Shown: positions 54,136 to 63,631 of the stretch, piece after piece | Layout: every line of letters begins with the position of its first letter | How positions within the stretch are numbered: position 1 is the first letter of the stretch | Assembly: GCA_002423395.1 (NCBI GenBank) | Contig: DIVZ01000005.1 | Span: 383,016-447,015 of the forward strand | Source of the DNA: Eubacteriaceae bacterium UBA6119 | GTDB taxonomy: Bacteria > Bacillota > Clostridia > Eubacteriales > UBA1433 | Length of the DNA: 64,000 bases | Direction of reading: 5' to 3' | The notes under the pieces: model-generated | Databases searched by the model: none | The model's input: the letters and a program-made list of their open reading frames with translations, nothing else | Told to the model about the DNA's origin: nothing | Position numbers and translations under genes: made by a program

Positions 54136-55212
54136 ATGAAAATAGCTACAGTAGTAGGTGCAAGACCGCAGTTTATTAAAGCTGCTGCAGTATCAAGAAT
54201 ACTAAGAGATTTTCATAGTGAAATTTTAATTCATTCTGGTCAGCATTATGATCAAAATATGTCTGATGTATTTTTTAATGAATTAAGCATACCTAAACCT
54301 GATTACAATTTAGGAGTGGGTTCAGGCAGCCACGCAAGGCAAACTGCAGATATGCTTGTAGGGATAGAGGATGTTTTGTTCAAAGAGAAACCCGATTTAC
54401 TGATGGTATATGGCGACACTAACTCTACTCTGGCAGCAGCTTTAGCTGCAAGTAAAATTCACATACCTATAGCACATGTTGAAGCAGGACTGCGTTCTTT
54501 TAATATGAAAATGCCCGAAGAACAAAATCGAATTTTAACAGACAGAATATCAGCATTTCTTTTTTGCCCTACAGATACAGCAGTCTTAAATCTCGCAAAT
54601 GAAGGCATAAAAGATGGCGTTTATAATGTCGGAGACGTAATGTGTGATGCAGTTCTGTATTATAAAAATAATCTTGAAAAATATTCTCCTGAGTATTTCT
54701 TTTCAAGACTTAACGGATTATTCAAAAAAGTTGCAAAGACGGATAATTGGTACATGACAACAATTCATAGAGTTGAAAATACAGATGGCATAAATAATAT
54801 ACGAGAAATTTTAAAAGCACTTGACAGCCTTGATGAGAAAGTAATATTTCCGGTGCATCCAAGAACGAAACCGCTTATAAAAAGCTTGTATGATGAAAAC
54901 ATTTATAGAAATATTTTATTTGTAGAGCCTGTAGGTTATTTGGACATGCTCTATTTTACAAAAAATGCAATAAAAGTCATTACAGATTCAGGAGGGCTTC
55001 AAAAAGAAGCCTACATCCTAAATACACCCTGTATAACAATTAGAGACCAAACAGAATGGGTGGAAACATTAATCGGCAGCCATAATATTTTATGCAAGCC
55101 ACATAGCCAAGATATAATATATAAAGTAAAAAACACGAAAGCGGATTACTCCAAGAAGCAAAATTACTATGGGAACGGAGACGCAGCAAGCAAAATATCA
55201 GCGCTGCTGTAA
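54136..55212 (+). CDS. Non-hydrolysing UDP-N-acetylglucosamine 2-epimerase family (WbpI/WecB-like)
   Basis: GARPQFIK, GDTNST, HVEAGLRS and TDSGG.QKEA. Confidence 0.9.
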   Translation: MKIATVVGARPQFIKAAAVSRILRDFHSEILIHSGQHYDQNMSDVFFNELSIPKPDYNLGVGSGSHARQTADMLVGIEDVLFKEKPDLLMVYGDTNSTLAAALAASKIHIPIAHVEAGLRSFNMKMPEEQNRILTDRISAFLFCPTDTAVLNLANEGIKDGVYNVGDVMCDAVLYYKNNLEKYSPEYFFSRLNGLFKKVAKTDNWYMTTIHRVENTDGINNIREILKALDSLDEKVIFPVHPRTKPLIKSLYDENIYRNILFVEPVGYLDMLYFTKNAIKVITDSGGLQKEAYILNTPCITIRDQTEWVETLIGSHNILCKPHSQDIIYKVKNTKADYSKKQNYYGNGDAASKISALL

Positions 55213-55222
55213 GTAAATTAAA

Positions 55223-56272
55223 ATGAATTACGCATTAATAGGCTGCGGCAGAATTTCCTCAAATCATATAAAAGCTGCGATGGAAAACGGTTTAGAAATA
55301 TCGGCATTATGCGATATAAATGAAACAATAATCGATAATTTAATAAATTTAAATGGGCTTGATATATCAAGAATAAAAAAATATACAAATCATAAAGAGA
55401 TGCTTGAAAAAGAAAACCTTGATTTAATAAGCATAGCTGCAAAAAGCGGTCTTCACGCGTTGATAGCGCTTGATTGCATTGATGCCGGGGTTAATATCAT
55501 TGTTGAAAAACCTTTAGCATTGTCACTGGAAGAAGCAGATGAAATAATAAGACGAAGTGAAAAGATGAATGTTAAAGTCTGCTGCTGCCATCAGAACAGG
55601 TTCAATCCGTCCGTTCAAAATGTGTATAAAGCAATGAGCGAAGGTAAATTCGGACTACTCTCTCACGGAACGGTTCATGTAAGATGGAACAGAAATGAAG
55701 ATTATTATAAGCAGGCTTCATGGAGAGGCACATGGGCGGAAGACGGCGGCACGCTTATGAATCAATGTATTCACAGCATAGATATATTCCGATGGATGAT
55801 GGGCAGTGAAATTGACGAAGTCTTTGCCTATACAAAAAATCAATTTCATGATTTTATAGAAACAGAAGATTTGGCGCTGGCAGTAGTTAAATTCAAAAAC
55901 GGCGCAATCGGCACAATTGAAGGAACTGTTAATGTTTATCCTTCAAATCTGGAGGAAACACTTTTTATATTCGGGCAAACAGGAACAGCAAAACTAGGGG
56001 GGAAGTCTTTAAATGCAATTGACATATGGAAATTTGAAGACGAAAAGTTTGTCGCAAATGGTTTATCCGATACAAAGCATTCTGGGCATACTGCAGTTTT
56101 TAAAGATATGAAGGATGCAATAGAGAATAACAGAGCTCCTTATATTGAGGCTAAAGCCGGCAGGGACGCGCTTGAATTGATACTTGCGATACATAAGTCA
56201 TCTAAAGAATGCAGAGCGATTAAATTGCCTTTAAGCAATGGAAAATCTAAAGATTTTAAAGATATGTTCTAA
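55223..56272 (+). CDS. Gfo/Idh/MocA oxidoreductase, WbpB-like (UDP-GlcNAcA 3-dehydrogenase by context)
   Basis: IGCGRIS Rossmann start, the EKPLA motif and its location within the Wbp-type gene set. Confidence 0.82.
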   Translation: MNYALIGCGRISSNHIKAAMENGLEISALCDINETIIDNLINLNGLDISRIKKYTNHKEMLEKENLDLISIAAKSGLHALIALDCIDAGVNIIVEKPLALSLEEADEIIRRSEKMNVKVCCCHQNRFNPSVQNVYKAMSEGKFGLLSHGTVHVRWNRNEDYYKQASWRGTWAEDGGTLMNQCIHSIDIFRWMMGSEIDEVFAYTKNQFHDFIETEDLALAVVKFKNGAIGTIEGTVNVYPSNLEETLFIFGQTGTAKLGGKSLNAIDIWKFEDEKFVANGLSDTKHSGHTAVFKDMKDAIENNRAPYIEAKAGRDALELILAIHKSSKECRAIKLPLSNGKSKDFKDMF

Positions 56273-56282
56273 TAGGTAGAAT

Positions 56283-57398
56283 ATGAAAATATTACACATT
56301 AATTCATATTATTTAGCGGGTAAATTCTATAAGCACTTATATGATAGCCAAGTAAAACAAAGCTTGGATGTCAGCGTTTATGTACCCGTGCCAGATAATA
56401 TAGACTGCGATGATAGAAATTATGGAGCTTATACTTTAATATCTAAAAACCATACAAATTACGACCGATTTTTATTCTCGTTAAAACACAGTAAAATACT
56501 TAAAGATATTAAGCAAAAGTATGACATTGCGAACTTTGATATAATGCATGCTCACTCGTTATTTTCAAATGGTTTTATTGCTTATAAATTAAACATTAAG
56601 TATAAAGTTCCTTATATAGTGGCAGTAAGAAATACCGATATAAATGTGTTTTTTAAACGAATTGTGCATTTAAGAAAACTGGGCATTAAAATTTTAAAAA
56701 ATGCAAGCGGTATAGTATTTTTATCGGAATCATACAAAGATATGACGATAAGAGAATATGTACCCGATTATTTGAAAAGCGAAACTTTAAATAAGAGCAT
56801 TGTTTTGCCTAATGGCATTGATGAATTCTGGCTTAAAAACATAAACAGTTCAAAAAAAATATTAGACAAAGGAGAAGTTAATATCATCTATGCAGGAGCC
56901 ATTGACAAAAACAAGAATCTTATATCGGCAGTAAAAGCGATAGATATACTTATAAGAAAAGGATATAAGATAAAATATACTGCTGTGGGAAAAATCTCGA
57001 ATAAAAGTGTGTATGATTGCATAACTAAGTATTCGTTTGTAAAATACATCTCACAGCAGCCCAAAGAAGAGTTGATTAAATTATACAGGGGAAACGATAT
57101 GTTTGTAATGCCGTCAATTACTGAAACATTCGGGCTTGTTTACGCAGAAGCGATGAGCCAGGGATTGCCGATAATATACAGCAAAGGTCAGGGCTTCGAT
57201 AGACAATTTGATGAGGGACTTATCGGATATCATGTTGACTGTTTTAATGCAGAAGAAATTGCAGATAAAATAGAGGTTATATTAAGAAATTATCAGCTTA
57301 TATCACAAAACTGTATTAAATTATGCAAAAAATTTGATTGGGAAACAATTGCTCAGAAATATAAGAATATTTATGAAAATATTATTTTAATTAGGTAA
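56283..57398 (+). CDS. GT4-family glycosyltransferase
   Basis: GT-B fold with the E..FGLVYAEAMSQGLPII signature. Confidence 0.8.
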   Translation: MKILHINSYYLAGKFYKHLYDSQVKQSLDVSVYVPVPDNIDCDDRNYGAYTLISKNHTNYDRFLFSLKHSKILKDIKQKYDIANFDIMHAHSLFSNGFIAYKLNIKYKVPYIVAVRNTDINVFFKRIVHLRKLGIKILKNASGIVFLSESYKDMTIREYVPDYLKSETLNKSIVLPNGIDEFWLKNINSSKKILDKGEVNIIYAGAIDKNKNLISAVKAIDILIRKGYKIKYTAVGKISNKSVYDCITKYSFVKYISQQPKEELIKLYRGNDMFVMPSITETFGLVYAEAMSQGLPIIYSKGQGFDRQFDEGLIGYHVDCFNAEEIADKIEVILRNYQLISQNCIKLCKKFDWETIAQKYKNIYENIILIR

Positions 57399-57401
57399 AT
57401 A

Positions 57402-58547
57402 ATGAAAATCTTAATAATTTCACGTGGATATCCAACAGATAAATATAAAACAAACGGCATTTTTGAATTTGATCAGGCTAAGGCACTGGCGCAAGCAGGC
57501 CATAAAGTTATATATGCTGCAATTGATATGCGTTCAATAAGACGAACACGAAAATTCGGATTTGAAAGCCTTATTAAAGATAATGTACAAATTGAAGCCG
57601 TAAATGTTCCGTGCGGGAGAATTCCCAATTGTATATTAAATAGAATAAGTATTTTTTCACTTAAAAGACTTTATAAAAAAATTATAGAAAAATACGGAAA
57701 GCCGGATATAATACATGCTCATTTTATACAATACGGATATGCGGCTGTAAATGCGCATGCAAAAGAAAATATACCGATTATTTTGACTGAACATTATTCT
57801 GCGATGAATGAGGGCAATATAAGCTCATATTATATGAAACTTGGCTATTATACTTATCATAATGTCAATAAAGTATTATCAGTAAGCAAAGCACTTGCGG
57901 ATAATATTAAAGATAAATTTAATGTGGGTGTTGATGTTGTTCCTAATATAGTTGACATCAGTGCATTTGAATACAGAAAAAAAGAAAAAGAAAAAAAAAT
58001 ATTTTATTTTGTATCGACAGGAAATTTGAACATTAATAAAAGAATGGATTTACTGATAAGGTCGTTTTACAATTGTTTTAATAATTATGAAAATGTAAAA
58101 CTATATATTTTTGGAGAAGGACCGGAACGTAATAATTTAGAAAAACTGATTTCGCAGCTGCAGTTAAATGATCAAGTATTTTTACCGGGTTTAAAATCAA
58201 GGGAAGAAATAGCTGATAAATATAGCGAGAGCGACTGTTTTGTGCTGGCATCCAGACGTGAAACATTTGGCGTTGCTTATATAGAAGCAATGGCAATGGG
58301 ACTTGCGGTTATCGCAACAAAATGCGGAGGGCCTGAAGACTTTATAAATGAAAATAATGGATTGTTAGTAGATATGGATAATGAAACTGAGTTATCAACA
58401 GCTATGCTAGATATATATAACGAGATTGATAAATATGAAGGTTATGAAATATCATCTGAAATAAAGGGAAAATATTCACCTGAAGTGATAGCAGACAGAT
58501 TAACCGAAATCTATAATGGAATCACTAAGGAAAATCAAAGTAAATGA
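57402..58547 (+). CDS. GT4-family glycosyltransferase
   Basis: RRETFGVAYIEAMAMGLAVIATKCGGPEDFI signature. Confidence 0.8.
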   Translation: MKILIISRGYPTDKYKTNGIFEFDQAKALAQAGHKVIYAAIDMRSIRRTRKFGFESLIKDNVQIEAVNVPCGRIPNCILNRISIFSLKRLYKKIIEKYGKPDIIHAHFIQYGYAAVNAHAKENIPIILTEHYSAMNEGNISSYYMKLGYYTYHNVNKVLSVSKALADNIKDKFNVGVDVVPNIVDISAFEYRKKEKEKKIFYFVSTGNLNINKRMDLLIRSFYNCFNNYENVKLYIFGEGPERNNLEKLISQLQLNDQVFLPGLKSREEIADKYSESDCFVLASRRETFGVAYIEAMAMGLAVIATKCGGPEDFINENNGLLVDMDNETELSTAMLDIYNEIDKYEGYEISSEIKGKYSPEVIADRLTEIYNGITKENQSK

Positions 58548-58740
58548 TTTAATTTATGCATACTTAGCAGTACTAACAGAAATTTTAATCAAATTAGTGT
58601 TTATGCATTTATAACTTTTAATGATATATTTATAATATTAATTTGCACAACATTATGTACACAGAAAGAACAACAATATACAATTTATTGATATCTCAAA
58701 CCATTTATATTATAATGTCCCAATGAAAGGAAATATTACA

Positions 58741-59715
58741 ATGGATTTAATAAAAATTAAAAATGAAATTTCTCGAAGATATTCAAAAGCGATGGTTACA
58801 GGCGGTGCAGGATTTATAGGAAGCCATGTGATTGAAGCGTTATTGGATACGGGAATTGATGTAGTAAGCATAGATAGTTTTATTGCCGGTAAAGAAGGAA
58901 ACATCGCACAGTTTGAGAAGAATCCTCATTTTAAAAGCGTTCGCTGCGACGTGACAGATTATGATACGTTGAAGAAACATTTCGATGGAGTCGATGTAGT
59001 ATTTCATCAGGCAGCTTCAAAGAAAAATGTATGTATACGTGATCCGCGAATGGATTTGAAGGTAAACGGAGAAGGCGCCTTTAATATGCTTGAGCTTGCA
59101 AGGGATAAGGGCGTTAAAAAGTATGTACATGCTTCAACAGGGTCTGTTTATGGAGAAGCCCAAATAACGCCTCAGGATGAAACACATCCGCTATGTCCTG
59201 TATCGTATTACGGAGTGAGCAAGCTCGCAGGCGAAAGGTATGTAAAAACGTTTGATCAATTATATGAGCTAAATACTACCGTGCTTCGTTATTTCCATGT
59301 ATATGGACCGCGTCAAGAATCAGGAGAATTTGGTGGTGTAATAGCAATTTTTGCGCGCGCTATATTAGAAGGCAGAAATCCTACAATATTTGGGGACGGT
59401 TCGCAAGAACGTTCTTTCACATATGTAAAAGATTGTGCCAACGCCAATTTATTCGTAGCGGTGACAGACGGCACTAAAGGTGAGGTATACAACTGCGCAT
59501 CGGGTATAAATGTAACTGTCAACGAGCTGGCGGAAGCATTATTAAAACTGATGGGACGACCCGATTTACAACCTGAATATAAAGAATGGCTTATAGGGGA
59601 TATTAAGAAATTTGATATATCACACGCAAAACTTCGCGGACTCGGCTTTGAGTTTCAAACCGGTTTTGAAGAAGGCTTGCAAAAGACGTTAGAATATTAT
59701 AAAACGCTTTTTTAA
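58741..59715 (+). CDS. NAD-dependent nucleotide-sugar epimerase/dehydratase (SDR family)
   Basis: TGGAGFIGSH and the catalytic YGVSK. The ATG at 58741 has a better SD-like AAAGGA than the track start at 58723. Confidence 0.85.
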   Translation: MDLIKIKNEISRRYSKAMVTGGAGFIGSHVIEALLDTGIDVVSIDSFIAGKEGNIAQFEKNPHFKSVRCDVTDYDTLKKHFDGVDVVFHQAASKKNVCIRDPRMDLKVNGEGAFNMLELARDKGVKKYVHASTGSVYGEAQITPQDETHPLCPVSYYGVSKLAGERYVKTFDQLYELNTTVLRYFHVYGPRQESGEFGGVIAIFARAILEGRNPTIFGDGSQERSFTYVKDCANANLFVAVTDGTKGEVYNCASGINVTVNELAEALLKLMGRPDLQPEYKEWLIGDIKKFDISHAKLRGLGFEFQTGFEEGLQKTLEYYKTLF

Positions 59716-59775
59716 TATATCGTAAATTAATAAATAATGAAATTTTTATCGCTCTAATATAGTGAATACACTTCT

Positions 59776-59812
59776 ATAAACAGGTATTTTTACAACCAGT
59801 ACCTGTTTATTA
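59776..59812 (+). terminator. Hairpin with a T-rich tail after the epimerase gene
   Basis: ataaacaggta-13 nt-tacctgtttat. Confidence 0.5.
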
Positions 59813-59840
59813 TGAAAGGGATGGAAAGAGATAAAATTCT

Positions 59841-61322
59841 ATGGGAGTAAAGCATAACAGATATAATGTGTTTTCCAATATGGGTTGGAAATTTGGAACA
59901 AATGTTGGGTTACAAGGTGTTCAGATTATTGTATCTATAATACTTGCGAGGCTTATACTTCCTCAAAATTACGGTATAATCGCCATAGTAATGGTGATTA
60001 TTTCGCTTTGCAGCGTTTTTGTGGATTTTGGTCTCGGAAGCGCACTTATACAGAAAAAAGATGCCACGCAAACAGACTATTCTTCGGTTTTTTATATTAA
60101 TTTATTTGTTTCGGTAATTATATATGCGGGACTTTTTTTCTTAGCACCATTAATATCAAGGTTTTATGGGGAAGAGTATGCAAATCTGACAATATATATT
60201 CGCGTACTAGGCTTAACACTTATATTTTTGGGGATAAATTCAGTGCAAAATGCTTATGTATTTAAGAATTTGCTGTTTAAGAAAACTTTCATTATTACTT
60301 GTTTTGGAAGTGTTTTGTCCGGGATTGCGGGCATTGTTTTGGCGTATACTCTGCCTGCGGAACAGAAGATATGGGCGCTTATTGCACAATCTGTAGTTAG
60401 TTCGTTTTTGGTTACTACGGGATTGTGGATATATGTAGGATGGAGACCAAAGCTTATTTTTTCAAAAAACGCGGCAATGCCGTTATTTAGATTTGGGTGG
60501 AAGATATTAGCGAAAGGCACACTAAATATGCTTTGCGCTAATATGAGAAAGCTTATAATCGGAAAAATATATACACCCGGGGATCTTGCTTATTTTGACA
60601 GAGGCAGACAATATCCTCTGACAATAGCAAAGACGGTTGACAACTCACTTAGTGACGTATTATTTCCGGTACTTGCAAATGCACAAGATGATATAAAAAG
60701 TCTTAAAAGTATGGTACGCAGAACAGTACAAGTCTGCACATATCTGACGTTTCCTATGTTGGCAGGGTTTGCCGTCGTTTCACAGAAGTTTGTTTTAGTT
60801 CTTTTAACAGAAACATGGCTTCCCGCAGTTCCTTTTCTGCGAATTTTTTGCATAGCTCAATTGTTCAGACCGCTGACAGGTATACAATTCCGTTCTCTGC
60901 TTGCACTAGGACGCAGCGATATAGCGCTGAGGAATGAAATTATAAGAGGTATTGCCGATGTTTTAATTTTGGTAATAACTATATGGTGGGGAGTACTCTG
61001 GGTTGCTATTGGTGTTTTATTTGCTGTTTTAATAGAATTTTTAGCATACTATTTACCAAATAGGAGGTTAATAAAATATAAATTCAAAGAATTGTTTTTT
61101 GACATTAAGTCAACTTGTATAATGACGTTAATTATGGCAGGAATTACATTTACTGCCGGGTTTTTAAAATTTGAGCCAGGGATTGTATTAATACTTCAGA
61201 TTATTACAGGAGCTGTAACTTATATAGCCTTATCATATATAACAAAAAATAAAAGTTTTATATATATACTTGATATAATTATGCACAAAGCATCAAAAAA
61301 TAAAAAGTTAGACAATAAGTGA
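59841..61322 (+). CDS. wzx: Wzx-type (MOP superfamily) oligosaccharide flippase
   Basis: About 12-14 TM segments, N-terminal pattern W.F......G.Q.I....LAR.L.P..YG, and 493 aa. Confidence 0.85.
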   Translation: MGVKHNRYNVFSNMGWKFGTNVGLQGVQIIVSIILARLILPQNYGIIAIVMVIISLCSVFVDFGLGSALIQKKDATQTDYSSVFYINLFVSVIIYAGLFFLAPLISRFYGEEYANLTIYIRVLGLTLIFLGINSVQNAYVFKNLLFKKTFIITCFGSVLSGIAGIVLAYTLPAEQKIWALIAQSVVSSFLVTTGLWIYVGWRPKLIFSKNAAMPLFRFGWKILAKGTLNMLCANMRKLIIGKIYTPGDLAYFDRGRQYPLTIAKTVDNSLSDVLFPVLANAQDDIKSLKSMVRRTVQVCTYLTFPMLAGFAVVSQKFVLVLLTETWLPAVPFLRIFCIAQLFRPLTGIQFRSLLALGRSDIALRNEIIRGIADVLILVITIWWGVLWVAIGVLFAVLIEFLAYYLPNRRLIKYKFKELFFDIKSTCIMTLIMAGITFTAGFLKFEPGIVLILQIITGAVTYIALSYITKNKSFIYILDIIMHKASKNKKLDNK

Positions 61323-61336
61323 TGTTGGAGAAAGTA

Positions 61337-62383
61337 ATGTCAAAGAATGAAAATATAACTTTTCGTAAAAAAATAAGAAAGATACCCGGCGTATATAACG
61401 CGTATTTAAAAATAAATAATTTCATGATAAAACCCAAAGAGTTTTATCGTTCTTTGAGATTTGGTTTTTTGGCAAAATATTTTCCGAAAAGACATTGCCG
61501 GCTTATGACCAAACCCGGTGCAAGAAAGGAAACACCTTTTAAAATAGACCTAAAGAATCCCATTTACTTCAATGAAAAATTATTATGGCTAAAATATTAT
61601 GTTTATAACAAAAGCTCATTAGTTGCAAAATGCTACGATAAATATCTGGTTAGGGAATATGTAAAAAAATGCGGCTGTGAAAATATACTTAATGATTTAT
61701 ATGGCGTTTGGGATTCAATAGACGAGATAAACTGGGATAGTTTACCAGAAGAGTACGTATTAAAAATAACAAACGGAAATTCATATCATATATTTAAAAC
61801 TAAAGAGCAAGACGCTGATATTGATAGATATAAGGATACACTACTTGTGCCGGCAAAGAAACGCAATATTATATATAGAAGTTCGGGTGATTTATTTGCC
61901 TTGAAATGCCCACAAAGATTTATATGCGAAAAGCTGTTGAAAAATCCTGCAAATAATAAAGCGTTAGATGACTGGAAGTTTTATTGCTTTAACGGGGAGC
62001 CTAAATACCTTCTTTATGTTTATGACCGAATAATAGTAGACGGCACACAAAATGCCAGCCAAGAAAAAGTATTTATGACTGTAGATTTTAAAAATAAGAT
62101 GGATTATTATAAGGATTCAAAATCAAAAGTACCCGAAAAGCCAGCTTGCTATAATGAAATGCTGGAATGCGCGAGAAAATTATCAAAAGATTTTCCTTTT
62201 GTAAGAGTAGATTTTTATATTAGTGAAAATAAGCCTGTATTTGGAGAACTAACATTTACCCCAGCCGGCGGATATGTAAAAAATCTTTTGCATAACAAAG
62301 AAGGGTTGATCGAAATGGGGAATTGTCTTTGTTTAGATAACATTAATGAATATACTAAACTGAAAAAAAGTTATAATGTTTAA
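61337..62383 (+). CDS. TupA-like ATP-grasp fold amidoligase family protein
   Basis: FNEKLLWLKYY...DKYLVREYV...LYGVWDS.DEINWDSLPEEYVLK.TNG... and C-terminal RVDFY....PVFGELTFTP. GGAG lies 6 nt before ATG 61337. Confidence 0.75.
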   Translation: MSKNENITFRKKIRKIPGVYNAYLKINNFMIKPKEFYRSLRFGFLAKYFPKRHCRLMTKPGARKETPFKIDLKNPIYFNEKLLWLKYYVYNKSSLVAKCYDKYLVREYVKKCGCENILNDLYGVWDSIDEINWDSLPEEYVLKITNGNSYHIFKTKEQDADIDRYKDTLLVPAKKRNIIYRSSGDLFALKCPQRFICEKLLKNPANNKALDDWKFYCFNGEPKYLLYVYDRIIVDGTQNASQEKVFMTVDFKNKMDYYKDSKSKVPEKPACYNEMLECARKLSKDFPFVRVDFYISENKPVFGELTFTPAGGYVKNLLHNKEGLIEMGNCLCLDNINEYTKLKKSYNV

Positions 62384-62429
62384 TAAGTATTAAATATTCT
62401 ATATTAGTAAAAAAGCCACAGATTGTATA

Positions 62430-63620
62430 TTGAAATTTGGAAGGACTATGCAAATGTTTATTAAAATAATCAAGTCTTTTAAAAATTTGGTTTTAAGCTT
62501 ACTTGAATATATATTATTCCCGCTATTGGTTTTTGGCTGCTTTTTAATTAGAATGAAAAAAAACAGAATTGATATCGGCATTGGTATAAACCCAAATATA
62601 AACCATATCCGATGGGCAAACGCTTTGAAAAAATTCGGGTACACTGTTGAAACTTTTGTGCTGGGCAAGCCGTTTTACATTACCAGCGACTTCAACCATA
62701 TATATTCAGACGCCTTCAACTCTTCATTTCCGATGTATCTTTTCTTAAAATGCGCAGGAAAATACAGAATACAGATACTTAGGATGAACGGCGGAGTGCT
62801 TTCTAAATGCAATAGCGCAATAAAGTATCATGAGCCTCGCTTGTTAAAGCTTGCAGGAGTTAAAACAATAGCTATACCGTACGGGAGCGACTGCAGGATT
62901 TTGGAGAGGACACCGAACAAGTATTATGCTTATACGATATTGCAGGATGCGCCTCTAAGATCTAATAAAGTTATAATCAAAAAAGTTGATACTTGGTGCA
63001 GATATGCGGATGTTGTTGTGGGGCAGATGGATCACGTAGACTATCTTCCTTTTTGGAACTGTATGCGCCAATCGCTTCATGCTATAGATACAAATAGTAT
63101 AGAGCCCGCATATCCAAGACCTAACGGAAATATCAAAATAGTGCATATATATAATCACCCTGCATGTAAAGGCTCGAATGCGGTTTTTAACGCTGTAGCT
63201 GAATTGCAGAAAGAGGGGTATGAAATTGAACTTTTATCTAAATGCGGAATATCCAACGATGAAGTTTTAAAACATATTTCAGAGGCTGATATAGTTGTTG
63301 ACCAGCTTGTCATCGGCTGGTATGCGAGTTTTTCAGTAGAATCCATGGCATATGGTAAGCCGACCATTTGTTATTTAAGAGAAGATCTGGTTGAGCTGTT
63401 TGAAAAGACAGGCAATGTTGAAAAAAATGAGGTCCCGGTAATTTCTGCTGACGTACTTACAATAAAAAATGTTCTTATAGATTTGATAGAGAGAAAAGAA
63501 GAATTGTATGAAATAGGCAAAAAGACGCGGCAGTACTGCGAAAAATATCATTCTCTTGAGTCTGTAGGAAAATGGTTTGATGACATAATAAGAACTAAGT
63601 GTATAAAATCTTTTAAATAG
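62430..63620 (+). CDS. Putative GT-B-like glycosyltransferase, divergent. The start may be ATG 62448 or 62454.
   Basis: The C-terminal half resembles a GT1/GT4 donor-binding domain (KGSNAV...ADIVVDQL..GWYASFSVESMAYGKPTICY). The N-terminal half is not recognisable. Confidence 0.45.
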   Translation: MKFGRTMQMFIKIIKSFKNLVLSLLEYILFPLLVFGCFLIRMKKNRIDIGIGINPNINHIRWANALKKFGYTVETFVLGKPFYITSDFNHIYSDAFNSSFPMYLFLKCAGKYRIQILRMNGGVLSKCNSAIKYHEPRLLKLAGVKTIAIPYGSDCRILERTPNKYYAYTILQDAPLRSNKVIIKKVDTWCRYADVVVGQMDHVDYLPFWNCMRQSLHAIDTNSIEPAYPRPNGNIKIVHIYNHPACKGSNAVFNAVAELQKEGYEIELLSKCGISNDEVLKHISEADIVVDQLVIGWYASFSVESMAYGKPTICYLREDLVELFEKTGNVEKNEVPVISADVLTIKNVLIDLIERKEELYEIGKKTRQYCEKYHSLESVGKWFDDIIRTKCIKSFK

Positions 63621-63631
63621 GAGCTTAAATA

